Virus record (IMG/VR): IMGVR_UViG_3300041935_000004
Coordinates: 1-62,739 of that record
Source of the DNA: a virus
Lineage: Duplodnaviria > Caudoviricetes
Reading direction: 5' to 3' (one strand)
DNA: 62,739 bases
Below, piece by piece: positions 47,379 to 56,545 of this stretch; position 1 is the stretch's first letter; each line of letters opens with the position of its first letter. The translations under genes were made by a program, and so were the position numbers. The notes beneath the pieces were generated by a model. That model did not search any database. It saw only the letters and a list, made by a program, of their open reading frames with translations, and was not told the origin of the DNA.

Positions 47379-48964
47379 GTCTTCTGTCCGATCAGCTTCT
47401 GCCCGGTCTGCGCGCGCGACGCGTTGGCCTGCATGGTGGCGGGCATGTTGTGGACGGGGACCTTCGTGCCGGCCTTCTGGGCATTGACCGCGGCCTGCCC
47501 GGTGACCGCGCCCGTGCCGGCGGCTTTGCCCGTCGCGGCGGCGGTCTGACCTGCGGCGTCGGCCTGAGCGGGCGCTGTGATGGCGGTGGTCTGCGCCAGT
47601 AGCTGAGCCTGCAACAGCTGGTCGTCGGCGCGCTCAGCCTGCATCTGGTCCACGCGGCTGGGCGGGAAGCCAATGACATCGATCATGATCGTCTTCCACG
47701 GCACCCCGGCGGTGACGGCCTTCGTGGCGGCATCCAGCCGGGCAGCGAGGCTCTCGCGTTCGGCCGGTTTCCAGATCAGCGAGATCTGATCCAGGTCCGC
47801 GCGCTGGGTGTCACCGATCCACAGGAACGCGTCACTCATGACGTCCGACCAGGTGGCCTCGGTGCGGGCCTGCCGGTCCTCGGTCTTGAAAATCAGCCCC
47901 TCTTTCGCGAGGGAGGCGCCTTCGGCCGACTGGTTTTCGCTGCCGGGCGTCAGGTAGTGCATGGGGGTCCGGGTGACCGCCGCGAGGTTCTCGATGTCGG
48001 CCTTGACCGCGTTGAGGATCGGCGAGAGGTCGATCGACGCGGACTCCCAGAACGACACGTCCTCGGGCAGCTGCCAGAACGCCCCGGGGTCGGACACCAG
48101 GATCTGGCTGTAGTCGATCTCGTCGCCATTCTCATCGACCTGCGGCAGGTTGATGGCCGCGCGCTGCTTGAACGCCTGGTAGGCCGCGACGGTCATCCGC
48201 TGGAGAACCTCGTGGTTGATCCGGCGCAGCAGATCCAGATGCGGTTCGAACTCGGCCTTGTCGTCCTCGTTGCGGAACCGGTGAACCGGCAGCATCGATG
48301 AGTCCGGCAGCGTCTGCGTCCGCTCGTCGTCCCAGTCGTAGAGGTTCGCCGCGAACGTGACTTCCGGCGCCCGGCCGGCGGCCACACGCGGCACGTCCCG
48401 GCGCGCGACCCACAACTTGCCGGGCAGCCACAGGTAGACGAAGTCCGCCGACTCGATGTCGTCGTGGAAAATCTTGAGCGCGGCAAGGCGCTTACGCTGC
48501 TGGCGCGGGTCGTGCTCGGTGACGACCTGGCGCGGATCCTCCGACGTGATGACGGGGATGTCACTACCCTCATCGGGCGGACCGACGATCACGTAAGAAG
48601 AACCGAACCGGAACATCGACCGGTGCACCTCGGCGGATTCGACCGGGCAGCCCGACCGGACCCAGATGCGCCACGCCTGTTCGTCGCCGGTCACGTCATC
48701 GTCCGCGCTGGTGCGGATCCCCACCGGCGTCATCCGCTCGCGGAGGCTCTCCACGACGAGTTTCGCGAAGTTGGTCCGGCTGAACGGGTGGAAGCTGGCG
48801 ACGGCCTCACGCTGAGTCTGGTTGAGGCCCGGCAGCGGCGGCACGCCCCGGTACCACTCGTCCAGCATCCGCAGGCGCTGCTGACGCTTCTGGTCGGTCA
48901 GCTTGTTGTACAACCGCTGCATCCACCAACCGGGCGTTTGCGGCTGCGTGACGTCAATAGGCAT
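47375..48964 (-). CDS. Portal protein (SPP1 gp6-like)
   Basis: NFAKLVV..ER, EFEPH, QAFKQR, NQSAEG. Confidence 0.93.
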   Translation of the reverse strand: MPIDVTQPQTPGWWMQRLYNKLTDQKRQQRLRMLDEWYRGVPPLPGLNQTQREAVASFHPFSRTNFAKLVVESLRERMTPVGIRTSADDDVTGDEQAWRIWVRSGCPVESAEVHRSMFRFGSSYVIVGPPDEGSDIPVITSEDPRQVVTEHDPRQQRKRLAALKIFHDDIESADFVYLWLPGKLWVARRDVPRVAAGRAPEVTFAANLYDWDDERTQTLPDSSMLPVHRFRNEDDKAEFEPHLDLLRRINHEVLQRMTVAAYQAFKQRAAINLPQVDENGDEIDYSQILVSDPGAFWQLPEDVSFWESASIDLSPILNAVKADIENLAAVTRTPMHYLTPGSENQSAEGASLAKEGLIFKTEDRQARTEATWSDVMSDAFLWIGDTQRADLDQISLIWKPAERESLAARLDAATKAVTAGVPWKTIMIDVIGFPPSRVDQMQAERADDQLLQAQLLAQTTAITAPAQADAAGQTAAATGKAAGTGAVTGQAAVNAQKAGTKVPVHNMPATMQANASRAQTGQKLIGQKT

Positions 48965-48997
48965 ACGTCACCCCCGCCCGGCTCGTAAAGTTGACGA

Positions 48998-49252
48998 ATG
49001 GCTGAGCCAAGCGGGGATTCGAAAAAGACGTACGCGCCGTTCGGATTCACCAACAGCGTGAGCCTGAACGCGTTTCAGGAAGCCGGCGTGGACGAGCCCT
49101 ACCGGTGCGGTAATGACCCGGCTCACATCCTGGTGGCCGACGTCGATGGTGGATGGCGCTGTCCGAAGTGGTTCTGCACTTACACCCAGGACTGGGCGTG
49201 GGTGGCCCATCTGGACTGGAACTGGTCGACGTACGGCCGGTCTACTTCTTGA
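48998..49252 (+). CDS. Counter-oriented Cys-containing hypothetical protein
   Basis: PYRCG...GWRCP..CTYTQDWA; TAAAGT 6 nt before the ATG. Confidence 0.65.
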   Translation: MAEPSGDSKKTYAPFGFTNSVSLNAFQEAGVDEPYRCGNDPAHILVADVDGGWRCPKWFCTYTQDWAWVAHLDWNWSTYGRSTS

Positions 49253-49625
49253 GCGCGTAGGGCTTGGCCTGCGTACGCATGTTCCACGCCTGGGCGTGCC
49301 CGCCCTTGACCAGCTGCTCGCCGACGTTTTCGCCGTTCTCGACCTTCCACACCTTCGCGTCGAACCGGCCGCCGTATTTATCGGTCTTGACGCTGTCCAC
49401 GATCAGGGCCGTGCCCGGCGGCAGGTACTTGGTCAGGAACGCCTTGGACGCCTGCCCGGCGGTGGTGTCCTTCTCCGGGGCGTCGATGCCGTTGATGCGG
49501 CAGCTCATCCGCACCCAGCAGAAGAAGCCGAGGTCGACATCCACCGCGAGGGTGTCTCCGTCGATGACGTACTGCACCGTGGCGTTGTACTGGTAGAAGA
49601 TCGCCGGCAAGGGCTTGGCGGCCAT
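49242..49625 (-). CDS. Thermonuclease (SNase-like)
   Basis: VIDGDT, DLGF, RINGIDAPE, DKYGGR. Confidence 0.9.
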   Translation of the reverse strand: MAAKPLPAIFYQYNATVQYVIDGDTLAVDVDLGFFCWVRMSCRINGIDAPEKDTTAGQASKAFLTKYLPPGTALIVDSVKTDKYGGRFDAKVWKVENGENVGEQLVKGGHAQAWNMRTQAKPYALKK

Positions 49626-49655
49626 AACCCCACCCCCGGACCTACTCTGCGTTAC

Positions 49656-49871
49656 ATGTTGATTTTGACGCGTAAGGCTGGCGAGGCTGTGATCATCAGT
49701 GACGAGACGGGCGAGGTGCGAATAGTCGTCGTGGAAGTGATGAGCGGTAACCAGGTGCGTCTGGGCTTCGAATGTGACGACGACGTGGATATCTTCCGGC
49801 AGGAAGTCTGGGACAAGCTCGGCGAACAGTCGCTCGCCGAAGCCCTGAAGAAATGCGAGCCCCCGCAATGA
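49656..49871 (+). CDS. csrA: Carbon storage regulator CsrA homologue
   Basis: MLILTRKAGEAVII...VRIVVVEV.GNQVRLGF...IFRQEV fits the CsrA/RsmA consensus. Confidence 0.88.
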   Translation: MLILTRKAGEAVIISDETGEVRIVVVEVMSGNQVRLGFECDDDVDIFRQEVWDKLGEQSLAEALKKCEPPQ

Positions 49872-50077
49872 CACCCGAGCAACTACAGACCCTCGCCGAC
49901 CAGATCCAGGCTCTCGCTGACGAAGCCGAAGCCGGATACGACGTGACCCGGCTGCGGCCTCGAATCACGTGCCCGACGTGCGGGCGCGTCTCCCACCACC
50001 CGAAAGACGTGGAGGAACGCTACTGCGGCAACTGCCACCAGTGGCATGACCTGATGGACAAGGGCGAGCCCCGATGA
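49868..50077 (+). CDS. Zinc-ribbon protein
   Basis: ITCPTCG.SHHP.D...YCGNCH. Confidence 0.7.
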   Translation: MTPEQLQTLADQIQALADEAEAGYDVTRLRPRITCPTCGRVSHHPKDVEERYCGNCHQWHDLMDKGEPR

Positions 50078-50271
50078 CCCCGATCGAAATCGTGTGCCTC
50101 GGGTTCGGCGCCGTGATGCTGTTCTGCCTGTCGTCGCTCACAGCCAGCGCGCTCTACATCTGCAAATACCTGATCGACATCCGCGCGGACGTGGCGGCGA
50201 TCCGGCAGGCTAGCGAATCCGCTTGGGCGCGTAGCGCCGGACTTCCGGACCTCCGAAGCCCGCGGCGATAG
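50074..50271 (+). CDS. Small membrane protein
   Basis: Hydrophobic N-terminus; ATGA coupling. Confidence 0.55.
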   Translation: MTPIEIVCLGFGAVMLFCLSSLTASALYICKYLIDIRADVAAIRQASESAWARSAGLPDLRSPRR

Positions 50272-51844
50272 CGTCCAGCCGTGCGCGCCAGGCCAGTACG
50301 GCGGCGACCGCCGCGTCGATCTTGTGCGGTGACTCGGGGAATTCTTTGGCGATCTGCATACCCGCGCGGCCCATACGGCGACGGGCGTTCAGGACGTGCC
50401 GGGTCAGGACCCCCGACCCGTCGTGGGTCATCTCCCGATGGACCACCGCGTTATTGAATTCCTCCAACGCGCGGACCATCTGGCTGGCCCGGCCGCCGGT
50501 CATCCACCATTCGCACGGGTGCGCGGCGGAGACCTTGATCTTCAGCTTCGGGTTGAATTCGGCCTCCCACGCGGAGACGAACCCTTCCCACCGGGCCGGG
50601 TCGGCGTACAGCCCGATCACGTGCCAGCGCCGGAACGCTTCCCGGATGGTGGCGTCCACGACGCTGGTCGGGACTTCCCAGTCGCGCCCGGCGGCACCCT
50701 GGGGCTCTTCCCACACCCCGACAGTGAACAGGTGCCCGTCGGAGACGCGCACGCCCATCAGGGCCGTCGCGTCGGTCGTGGAGTGGACGCGTTTGCGGGA
50801 GCCGTCGAAGCCCAGCACGATCGTGTCCCGGTCGGCGATGACCTTCGACGCGTCGGCGCAGCCGGCCCATTCCGGCTGCGAGAGCCAGGAGTCCGACGCG
50901 GCGGTGATCTGGTTGAGGTAGAACTGCCGGGCCGTTTCCGGGGGCGTGGACGGGTCCCAGATTTCGGCCATGATCCGGTCGATGTCGACCCAGCCGCCGG
51001 CTTCCGTCGCGGAGTCCCCGTAGGCGTAGATCAGTCCGGCTCGAAGCGAATCAACGTCTTCAAGGTCCGTGTCGGCGGGTGCTTCACGGTGGTCCCACAG
51101 CAGCCCGGATTCCCGCACTCGGCCTTCACGAATCGCAGCCGCATACTCCGCGGAACCTTCCGCCACAGAGTCAAGGCCCGGTACGTAAGCATTCGGAGCT
51201 TCAATGCTGCTACCCGAAGTCTTACCGAGGTTGCGGCGGATAGTCTGCGCCAGCCGGACGCCACCATTGGGCACTTTCCATTCTTCGGTCTGATCCAGGA
51301 TGGCGAAGATCGGGCGGTTACCCTCGCGCGAGGTCGCGGCGGACGTCACGAACTCGATCCGGCCGGTGGGCAGGGCGATGAAGCTCTGCATCGGGTCCAG
51401 CCCGGGATAGTTGTGGATCGCCGGGCCGCCGCGCAGCATCTCTAGCAGCGGCGCGTACGCGTTCTGGGTCTGGTCTTCCGAGACGGCAGCAATCTGAACC
51501 CAGGGAGTCCGGAGCGCCGCCCAGGGCTTACCAACAGGTTCTCCGTCGGCATCCCATCCATCGGGAACAACCGGTGCCAACGCTTCTGCTGCCGCAATTG
51601 CGCCCAGGAAAGGCGACTTCCCCGATCCCTTGGGACGCGAATAAACGGCGCGGCGGTAAAGCCGTTTTCCCGTAGCCGGCGAGATGGCATAGAAGTCATA
51701 CAGGAATTGTGCCTGTTCCCGGGTCGGGTAGAACGCCTCATACTCCGACCGGTCGGGCGCGGCGAGGTTCTCGATCATCCAATCCAGGACGACCGGCCCC
51801 AGCGTCGGGATCTCGCCCGGGACGCGGGGGCCGCGCCACGGCAC
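50210..51844 (-). CDS. terL: Terminase large subunit
   Basis: RPKGSGKS, QIAAVSEDQT, LGFDGS, KIDAAVA. Confidence 0.95.
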   Translation of the reverse strand: MPWRGPRVPGEIPTLGPVVLDWMIENLAAPDRSEYEAFYPTREQAQFLYDFYAISPATGKRLYRRAVYSRPKGSGKSPFLGAIAAAEALAPVVPDGWDADGEPVGKPWAALRTPWVQIAAVSEDQTQNAYAPLLEMLRGGPAIHNYPGLDPMQSFIALPTGRIEFVTSAATSREGNRPIFAILDQTEEWKVPNGGVRLAQTIRRNLGKTSGSSIEAPNAYVPGLDSVAEGSAEYAAAIREGRVRESGLLWDHREAPADTDLEDVDSLRAGLIYAYGDSATEAGGWVDIDRIMAEIWDPSTPPETARQFYLNQITAASDSWLSQPEWAGCADASKVIADRDTIVLGFDGSRKRVHSTTDATALMGVRVSDGHLFTVGVWEEPQGAAGRDWEVPTSVVDATIREAFRRWHVIGLYADPARWEGFVSAWEAEFNPKLKIKVSAAHPCEWWMTGGRASQMVRALEEFNNAVVHREMTHDGSGVLTRHVLNARRRMGRAGMQIAKEFPESPHKIDAAVAAVLAWRARLDAIAAGFGGPEVRRYAPKRIR

Positions 51845-52095
51845 TAGACCGCCTGGTACTTGGTCTGGAACGTCGCGTCGGTGACCTGGGCCGGGCTGAA
51901 GGAGTCGCCCCACAGCACCCACACGTCGCGTTCGATCACATCGTCATGGACCGGGCCGGTCAGCACGATCTGATCGTCCTGGGCGTGGGCCTGGCCGGCG
52001 TAGGCGGCGACGATCGCATCCCGGGCCTCGTCGGTGCCGTCCCACTGCACGGCGGTATAGATGGGGATCTTCTCCACGTACTGGGCCGGCGTCAT
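51844..52095 (-). CDS. Hypothetical protein (AVQWDG motif)
   Basis: AVQWDG...FQTKY; coupled on both sides. Confidence 0.65.
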   Translation of the reverse strand: MTPAQYVEKIPIYTAVQWDGTDEARDAIVAAYAGQAHAQDDQIVLTGPVHDDVIERDVWVLWGDSFSPAQVTDATFQTKYQAV

Positions 52096-52574
52096 GAGTC
52101 GGTTCCGGTCTTGGGTACGACGTGGATGTCGCCGTAGCGCTGCTGAGCGGCCTTCTGGCGGGCCTTCTCCACGGCCTCGCTGGCGCGGAAACCCTTCTCC
52201 GCGTCTTCACGCCAGGCCATCCGCAGCCGCAGCCGATCCAGGGGCGTGGCACCGAACTGGGCCTCGCGCATCCGCAGCTCGGAGGCGTACTTGACTTCGA
52301 AGCCGCGGTGGAACCGTTCGGCCACGAAGGCCGTGGACAGCAGCGACGACCAGTCGGAGGAACAGAACATGCCGGCCTGCGGACTGTCGAGCCAGCGCTG
52401 CCACCATTGCAGCGTCAGCGGCGACCACGACAGTTCCCTGAGGTTGCCTTCGGCGTCGATCCACGTGGTCGGCAGGTCCGGCGCCTCGCCCGGCTCGAAC
52501 TCCAGATCGGTCTGCGGCACCGTGTCGGCGTTACGCCGGGCGCGCTGCTCTTTGGGCTTACGTGGAGGTGCCAT
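52092..52574 (-). CDS. terS: Terminase small subunit
   Basis: PKEQRARRN, WW..W..SPQA, ELRMREAQFGATPLDRLRLR. Confidence 0.88.
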   Translation of the reverse strand: MAPPRKPKEQRARRNADTVPQTDLEFEPGEAPDLPTTWIDAEGNLRELSWSPLTLQWWQRWLDSPQAGMFCSSDWSSLLSTAFVAERFHRGFEVKYASELRMREAQFGATPLDRLRLRMAWREDAEKGFRASEAVEKARQKAAQQRYGDIHVVPKTGTDS

Positions 52575-52917
52575 GACTCTTCTTCCCCCGTAGACCAGGA
52601 TGGCGCTCCTGTGGGCGTTTCTCGCTGACACGACGGGTGCGTTGGTCAGCGAGACTCTTTTGGACGTGATGGCCGCGGCAGAGCAGCTGGAGGTTGTCCA
52701 GCTCGTGGTTGTCGCGGTCGCCGATGTGGTCGCAGTCGGTACCCAGCGCCCGGCAGGAAGCGCCGGCCCGACGCTCCTGGCGGCCGACGAACCAGCCGGG
52801 CCACTCGCAGCGGCCGTACGCGCGGTTCTTCACCGTGATGACGCGGCGGTGCCAGTCGGCCGGCAACGTCTCCCGTCGCGTGCTGCCCTGCCACGCGGTC
52901 GGGCCGTAGTGCGGCAT
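52558..52917 (-). CDS. HNH endonuclease (packaging-associated)
   Basis: RCE...C...DH...NLQLLC..HH..KS. Confidence 0.88.
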   Translation of the reverse strand: MPHYGPTAWQGSTRRETLPADWHRRVITVKNRAYGRCEWPGWFVGRQERRAGASCRALGTDCDHIGDRDNHELDNLQLLCRGHHVQKSLADQRTRRVSEKRPQERHPGLRGKKSHGTST

Positions 52918-53183
52918 CAGGCCTTGGGCTTGCTCTCACCCGGGGCGTGACCGGGCCGGGCGCCGGTGGCTTTCACGTGAAGGTTGGAGCACAGCCCCTT
53001 GACGTCGATCGTGGCCGGCACGTGCTTACGCAGCTCCACGACGCACCGGTCGAAGTCCCCATCGGTGCCCCAGCGAATTTTTGCCGCTCCAGCGCCCTTG
53101 GTCCAGTAGGACATGAGCCGCTGCGTACTGGCGACTTCGCCGGGCGTCTTCTCGACCACCAAATCACCCCCAGGCGATTTCAA
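52917..53183 (-). CDS. Hypothetical phage protein (WGTDGDFDRC motif)
   Basis: YWTKG.GAAKIRWG..GDFDRC...GLCSNLH; start may be GTG 53159. Confidence 0.7.
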   Translation of the reverse strand: MKSPGGDLVVEKTPGEVASTQRLMSYWTKGAGAAKIRWGTDGDFDRCVVELRKHVPATIDVKGLCSNLHVKATGARPGHAPGESKPKA

Positions 53184-53386
53184 TTGTCAAGCCAACACGC
53201 CGAATGAGTTAGAAAACAAAACCTACCGATGCGTACGCATGTCCAGCGCCAGGACGGGGCGGCGCGCTGGCTGGGGCCGGTGGGGGGTATGCCCCACTAT
53301 GTCCGTTTTGTGGTGATACATGCGTTATCGCCGTGATCGATAAACGGAGGATCGTTCCGCTTGCACGGAACCCACCGGCGACGGCG

Positions 53387-53593
53387 GATGCACGTGCAGA
53401 TGCACGTGATGGCGGGTGCACGTGCAGATGCACGTGAGGCAGCGTGTGCAAGTCAACCCGAGATATTGGACCGAGTCAAGTATGCACGTCCAGATGCACG
53501 TGCAGATGCACGTGCGTATGCACAATCGCTTCCGGCTTCGCTGGCTAGCCGAGTGAGCCCGCTCCAATGAGTGCACGTGCATATGCATATGAA
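53387..53593. repeat. Array of ~10 12-bp units GATGCACGTGCA
   Basis: Units begin at 53387, 53399, 53415, 53427, 53481, 53493, 53505, 53517, 53570, 53582; palindromic core TGCACGTGCA. Confidence 0.9.
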
Positions 53594-54607
53594 TTCAGCA
53601 CTCATTGTTGAATTGATATCGCTACATATTTGTGCTCACACCAAAGTTGCACAAAGTGTAGTTTTATTTTCTAGGACATGCGTTCTAAAAGCAGCTGCCA
53701 GGCAAGCGGCCCCAGATAGGCCCCCCGAAGGCCCATACCAGGGAATATGGGCAAAACGGACACGGGCTCAAGTTGGCATACCCCATAGGGGTACCAAAAT
53801 AGGACACAACGGACACGATTCAGCGTCCGTTCAATGCGTTATTGAGCGGTATGTCCGTTTCTCCCTCTGCGCTTGACCTGCGGAAACGGCACTCAGACGG
53901 CCGCTAGCGGCCTAACCCCCCGCCGGGGTGGAATCGGATGGGACGGCCACCGCTCGGCCGCGTGCGTGGATCAGACCCCTGTTTACGCGTGCCATATGGC
54001 GGGGGTATCTGGCACACCCACCAGCGACCCGGCGAAACCGGCCGATCAGCCCCCCTGAAATAGATCCACCCTAGGGTGTAGGCGGCTCATCTGTGAGCGA
54101 AATACTGTTTGGCGTGTTGGGCCGAACGGAACGGGCCGGAGCGAGAGACCAGGCAACCCGATCCACGTAGGCGCAGAAGTACAGGCGACGTCCTAGCGGG
54201 CCGGTCCTGGCAGCGCACGCACCTTGAGAACTCAATACTGATGCTGACCTCACCGCTGGCAAGACTCATTGCTAGATCGGGCACCGGCCGTCATGCGCAA
54301 TAGCAAACGCGCTAGCCGGGTATGGGCGATAACCAGAGACTGCACTTTGGAGTGCTCCCGATCGACGCGATTACCAGCGCGGTATGACACCAGTAGACGA
54401 AAGACACCCTAGACATTCTCTCCGACCCGATCGGGTCGACTTAGGACACCTAGATGGGTCCTACCCATGGTGCCGACCCTGCCCTATCACTGGACACCGG
54501 CACGCATGACGTAGCTCCCATCGCCTAGTCCTAGGCCGATACCGATCGGGTCGGCGGAGTGTGCCTACGGCACCCCCACGTACCCCACTCACAGCAAGGA
54601 GACTTCT

Positions 54608-54934
54608 ATGCCCACCTATCGCGTACGGGTCAACGCCTACAACGACTGGCACCCGGAATACGGGTGTGTGCAAGTAGTCCTGCGTGTCAACGGCCGGTGT
54701 CTCGACGACGCCATGCGAACCCTAACCAACGGCATTGTCATGACGTCCGACGGTCGGACCGTCATGGCCTCACGCGAAAACCACAAGGGACTAGGCCCGA
54801 CCGCCATCGGTTTCCCGTCATGGTCGCTGGCCTGTCGTCCGCGCATTGTGACCGGTGATCGTCCGGCCTACGTGGCGGAGCACGTGGCAGCTCATCCGCA
54901 CTATCGCCGCACTATCGCCAGTATCGCCCGATAG
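54608..54934 (+). CDS. Early hypothetical protein
   Basis: AAGGAG RBS. Confidence 0.7.
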   Translation: MPTYRVRVNAYNDWHPEYGCVQVVLRVNGRCLDDAMRTLTNGIVMTSDGRTVMASRENHKGLGPTAIGFPSWSLACRPRIVTGDRPAYVAEHVAAHPHYRRTIASIAR

Positions 54935-54946
54935 GAGCAACCAACA

Positions 54947-55120
54947 ATGACCGTTGAAATTGAGATTCGCCCGACCGGCATCTTTCTGGCCGGTACCGAC
55001 GTAGCCGTCCCGTGTCAGTGGTTCGCACGCTGCGACCGGAACGCCACAACCATCACCCCTCACCCGGTACTCGGCGATGTGCCGACGTGCCAGCGGTGCG
55101 CAGACCTCGCCACGAATTGA
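54947..55120 (+). CDS. 57-aa Cys-containing protein (not in ORF track)
   Basis: AGGAG RBS; CQWFARC...HPVLGDVPTCQRC. Confidence 0.7.
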   Translation: MTVEIEIRPTGIFLAGTDVAVPCQWFARCDRNATTITPHPVLGDVPTCQRCADLATN

Positions 55121-55336
55121 ATGGGAGCCGAAATGATGAACCGTGAGGAAGAGCGCCGCGCGTTCCATGTCATTAACGACGCGAACCCGGACGGCTGGGA
55201 GTACCAGGAACCGACGGACGCCGATCGTGACGCGTTCCGCCGGTGGGCGCTGGAGCGCTACGGCCGTGCTACGTGGGACCTGTACCGGTCGGGTGGGATG
55301 AATAAGCCGTACGACCCTTACAACTCCGCTGTCTGA
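55121..55336 (+). CDS. Early hypothetical protein
   Basis: GGAG RBS (start probably 55133); ends in the GTCTGAC motif. Confidence 0.65.
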   Translation: MGAEMMNREEERRAFHVINDANPDGWEYQEPTDADRDAFRRWALERYGRATWDLYRSGGMNKPYDPYNSAV

Positions 55337-55351
55337 CGTTAGGAGCAACTC

Positions 55352-55645
55352 ATGCCGACCCCCCTTGACCGTAAGGAAGAACTCGCACTCCAGTACCGAA
55401 AGTTAGCCGACCGCTTATCAGAATCGGATGCTCGGACCGTCGACTTCCTCCGTGGGCAGGCAGTGTCCTATGTGTGGGGTCGGCAGGATGCCGGGGAGTC
55501 GGGACGCGATACCGCCTATTCCAACATGTTCGGTTACGCCTACGGCATTCAAGCCGCACGGTTCGTATTAGGTGAGATCGGCACGCGGACGACGATCGAA
55601 AATGCGTTCCTGTCGTTTCGGAACTACGGCGCGGTAGCGAACTGA
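55352..55645 (+). CDS. Early hypothetical protein (YVWGRQDAG)
   Basis: AGGAG RBS. Confidence 0.7.
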   Translation: MPTPLDRKEELALQYRKLADRLSESDARTVDFLRGQAVSYVWGRQDAGESGRDTAYSNMFGYAYGIQAARFVLGEIGTRTTIENAFLSFRNYGAVAN

Positions 55646-55682
55646 CGTCCCCCCTCACTGCCCCCTATCGATCGGAGTAACC

Positions 55683-55877
55683 GTGTCCACCGTGCACCGA
55701 CCCTTTTACCGGTTTGACGTCGAGTCCCTTGCGGACATGACGGATGGGGAAGTTCTAACCGCAATCGAGACTATCGAGTCGTGGCAGAGTGCCCACCCCC
55801 ATGATCGGACGCTCGACAGCGCGTGGCGCACGCTGCGCAATGAGCACGACTACCGCACCTTCCGGCGCAACGTCTGA
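55683..55877 (+). CDS. Early hypothetical protein
   Basis: GGAG RBS; ends FRRNV. Confidence 0.65.
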   Translation: MSTVHRPFYRFDVESLADMTDGEVLTAIETIESWQSAHPHDRTLDSAWRTLRNEHDYRTFRRNV

Positions 55878-55908
55878 CATCCCCCCAACGCCTAAAACTG
55901 GAGACGAA

Positions 55909-56124
55909 ATGACAACCGTTACGCGAATCCGCGACTGGGCCACCGGTTACACCCGCCTAGGCCGCAACGACGCGGTAATCGTCCGCCACGATAACGGCCG
56001 TGCGGTCCGGTTTGAATTCGATTCCGACGATGACTACATCTACGTCTACACGTACCGCTGGCTGTCGAGCGGGATGATTCGCGAGTCACAGGACCCGGTG
56101 CGCGCCTTCCGGCGCAACGTCTGA
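55909..56124 (+). CDS. Early hypothetical protein
   Basis: GGAG RBS; ends FRRNV. Confidence 0.65.
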   Translation: MTTVTRIRDWATGYTRLGRNDAVIVRHDNGRAVRFEFDSDDDYIYVYTYRWLSSGMIRESQDPVRAFRRNV

Positions 56125-56212
56125 CGTCCCCTACTGGCAAGCGTAGTCGCGGGGACCACGTATGCCGGTATAGGGCATCAGCCCGACCTACCCCTAAACG
56201 ATCGGAGTGACC

Positions 56213-56461
56213 GTGTCCGTGCTTGCTGCCAATCGTGCCCACTATGCCCTTGACGCTTACCGCGAGGTCGCAGAATCTCCCGGCTTGTCACAGGAGGAAG
56301 CCGCAACCGATCTTTTGGCCGATCTACTTCACCTGATCAGTATCAACCCGACGGATTTTGACGCTGCCATCGACACCGACCCGTTCGACGTGTTGGCGTT
56401 CCTGGTACGCCGCGCGTCGATGCACTTTAACGCTGAGTACGCCACCGACGGCGCGGTCTGA
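56213..56461 (+). CDS. Early hypothetical protein (DLLADLLHL)
   Basis: GGAG RBS; DLLADLLH...RA.MHF.AE pattern. Confidence 0.7.
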   Translation: MSVLAANRAHYALDAYREVAESPGLSQEEAATDLLADLLHLISINPTDFDAAIDTDPFDVLAFLVRRASMHFNAEYATDGAV

Positions 56462-56545
56462 CGCGTACCTAACCGACCGACCCGGCAGGCTTTACCACCC
56501 TGTCGGCGCACGAACCCTTGACCCACATTCCAGATTGGATTCATC

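Noticed and set aside
53387-53593. CRISPR array
   Set aside because: Units are 12 bp, mostly head-to-tail, without regular unique spacers; no cas operon
53209-54303. ORFs in the strand-switch region
   Set aside because: Translations just mirror the DNA repeats, with no RBS or protein-like composition
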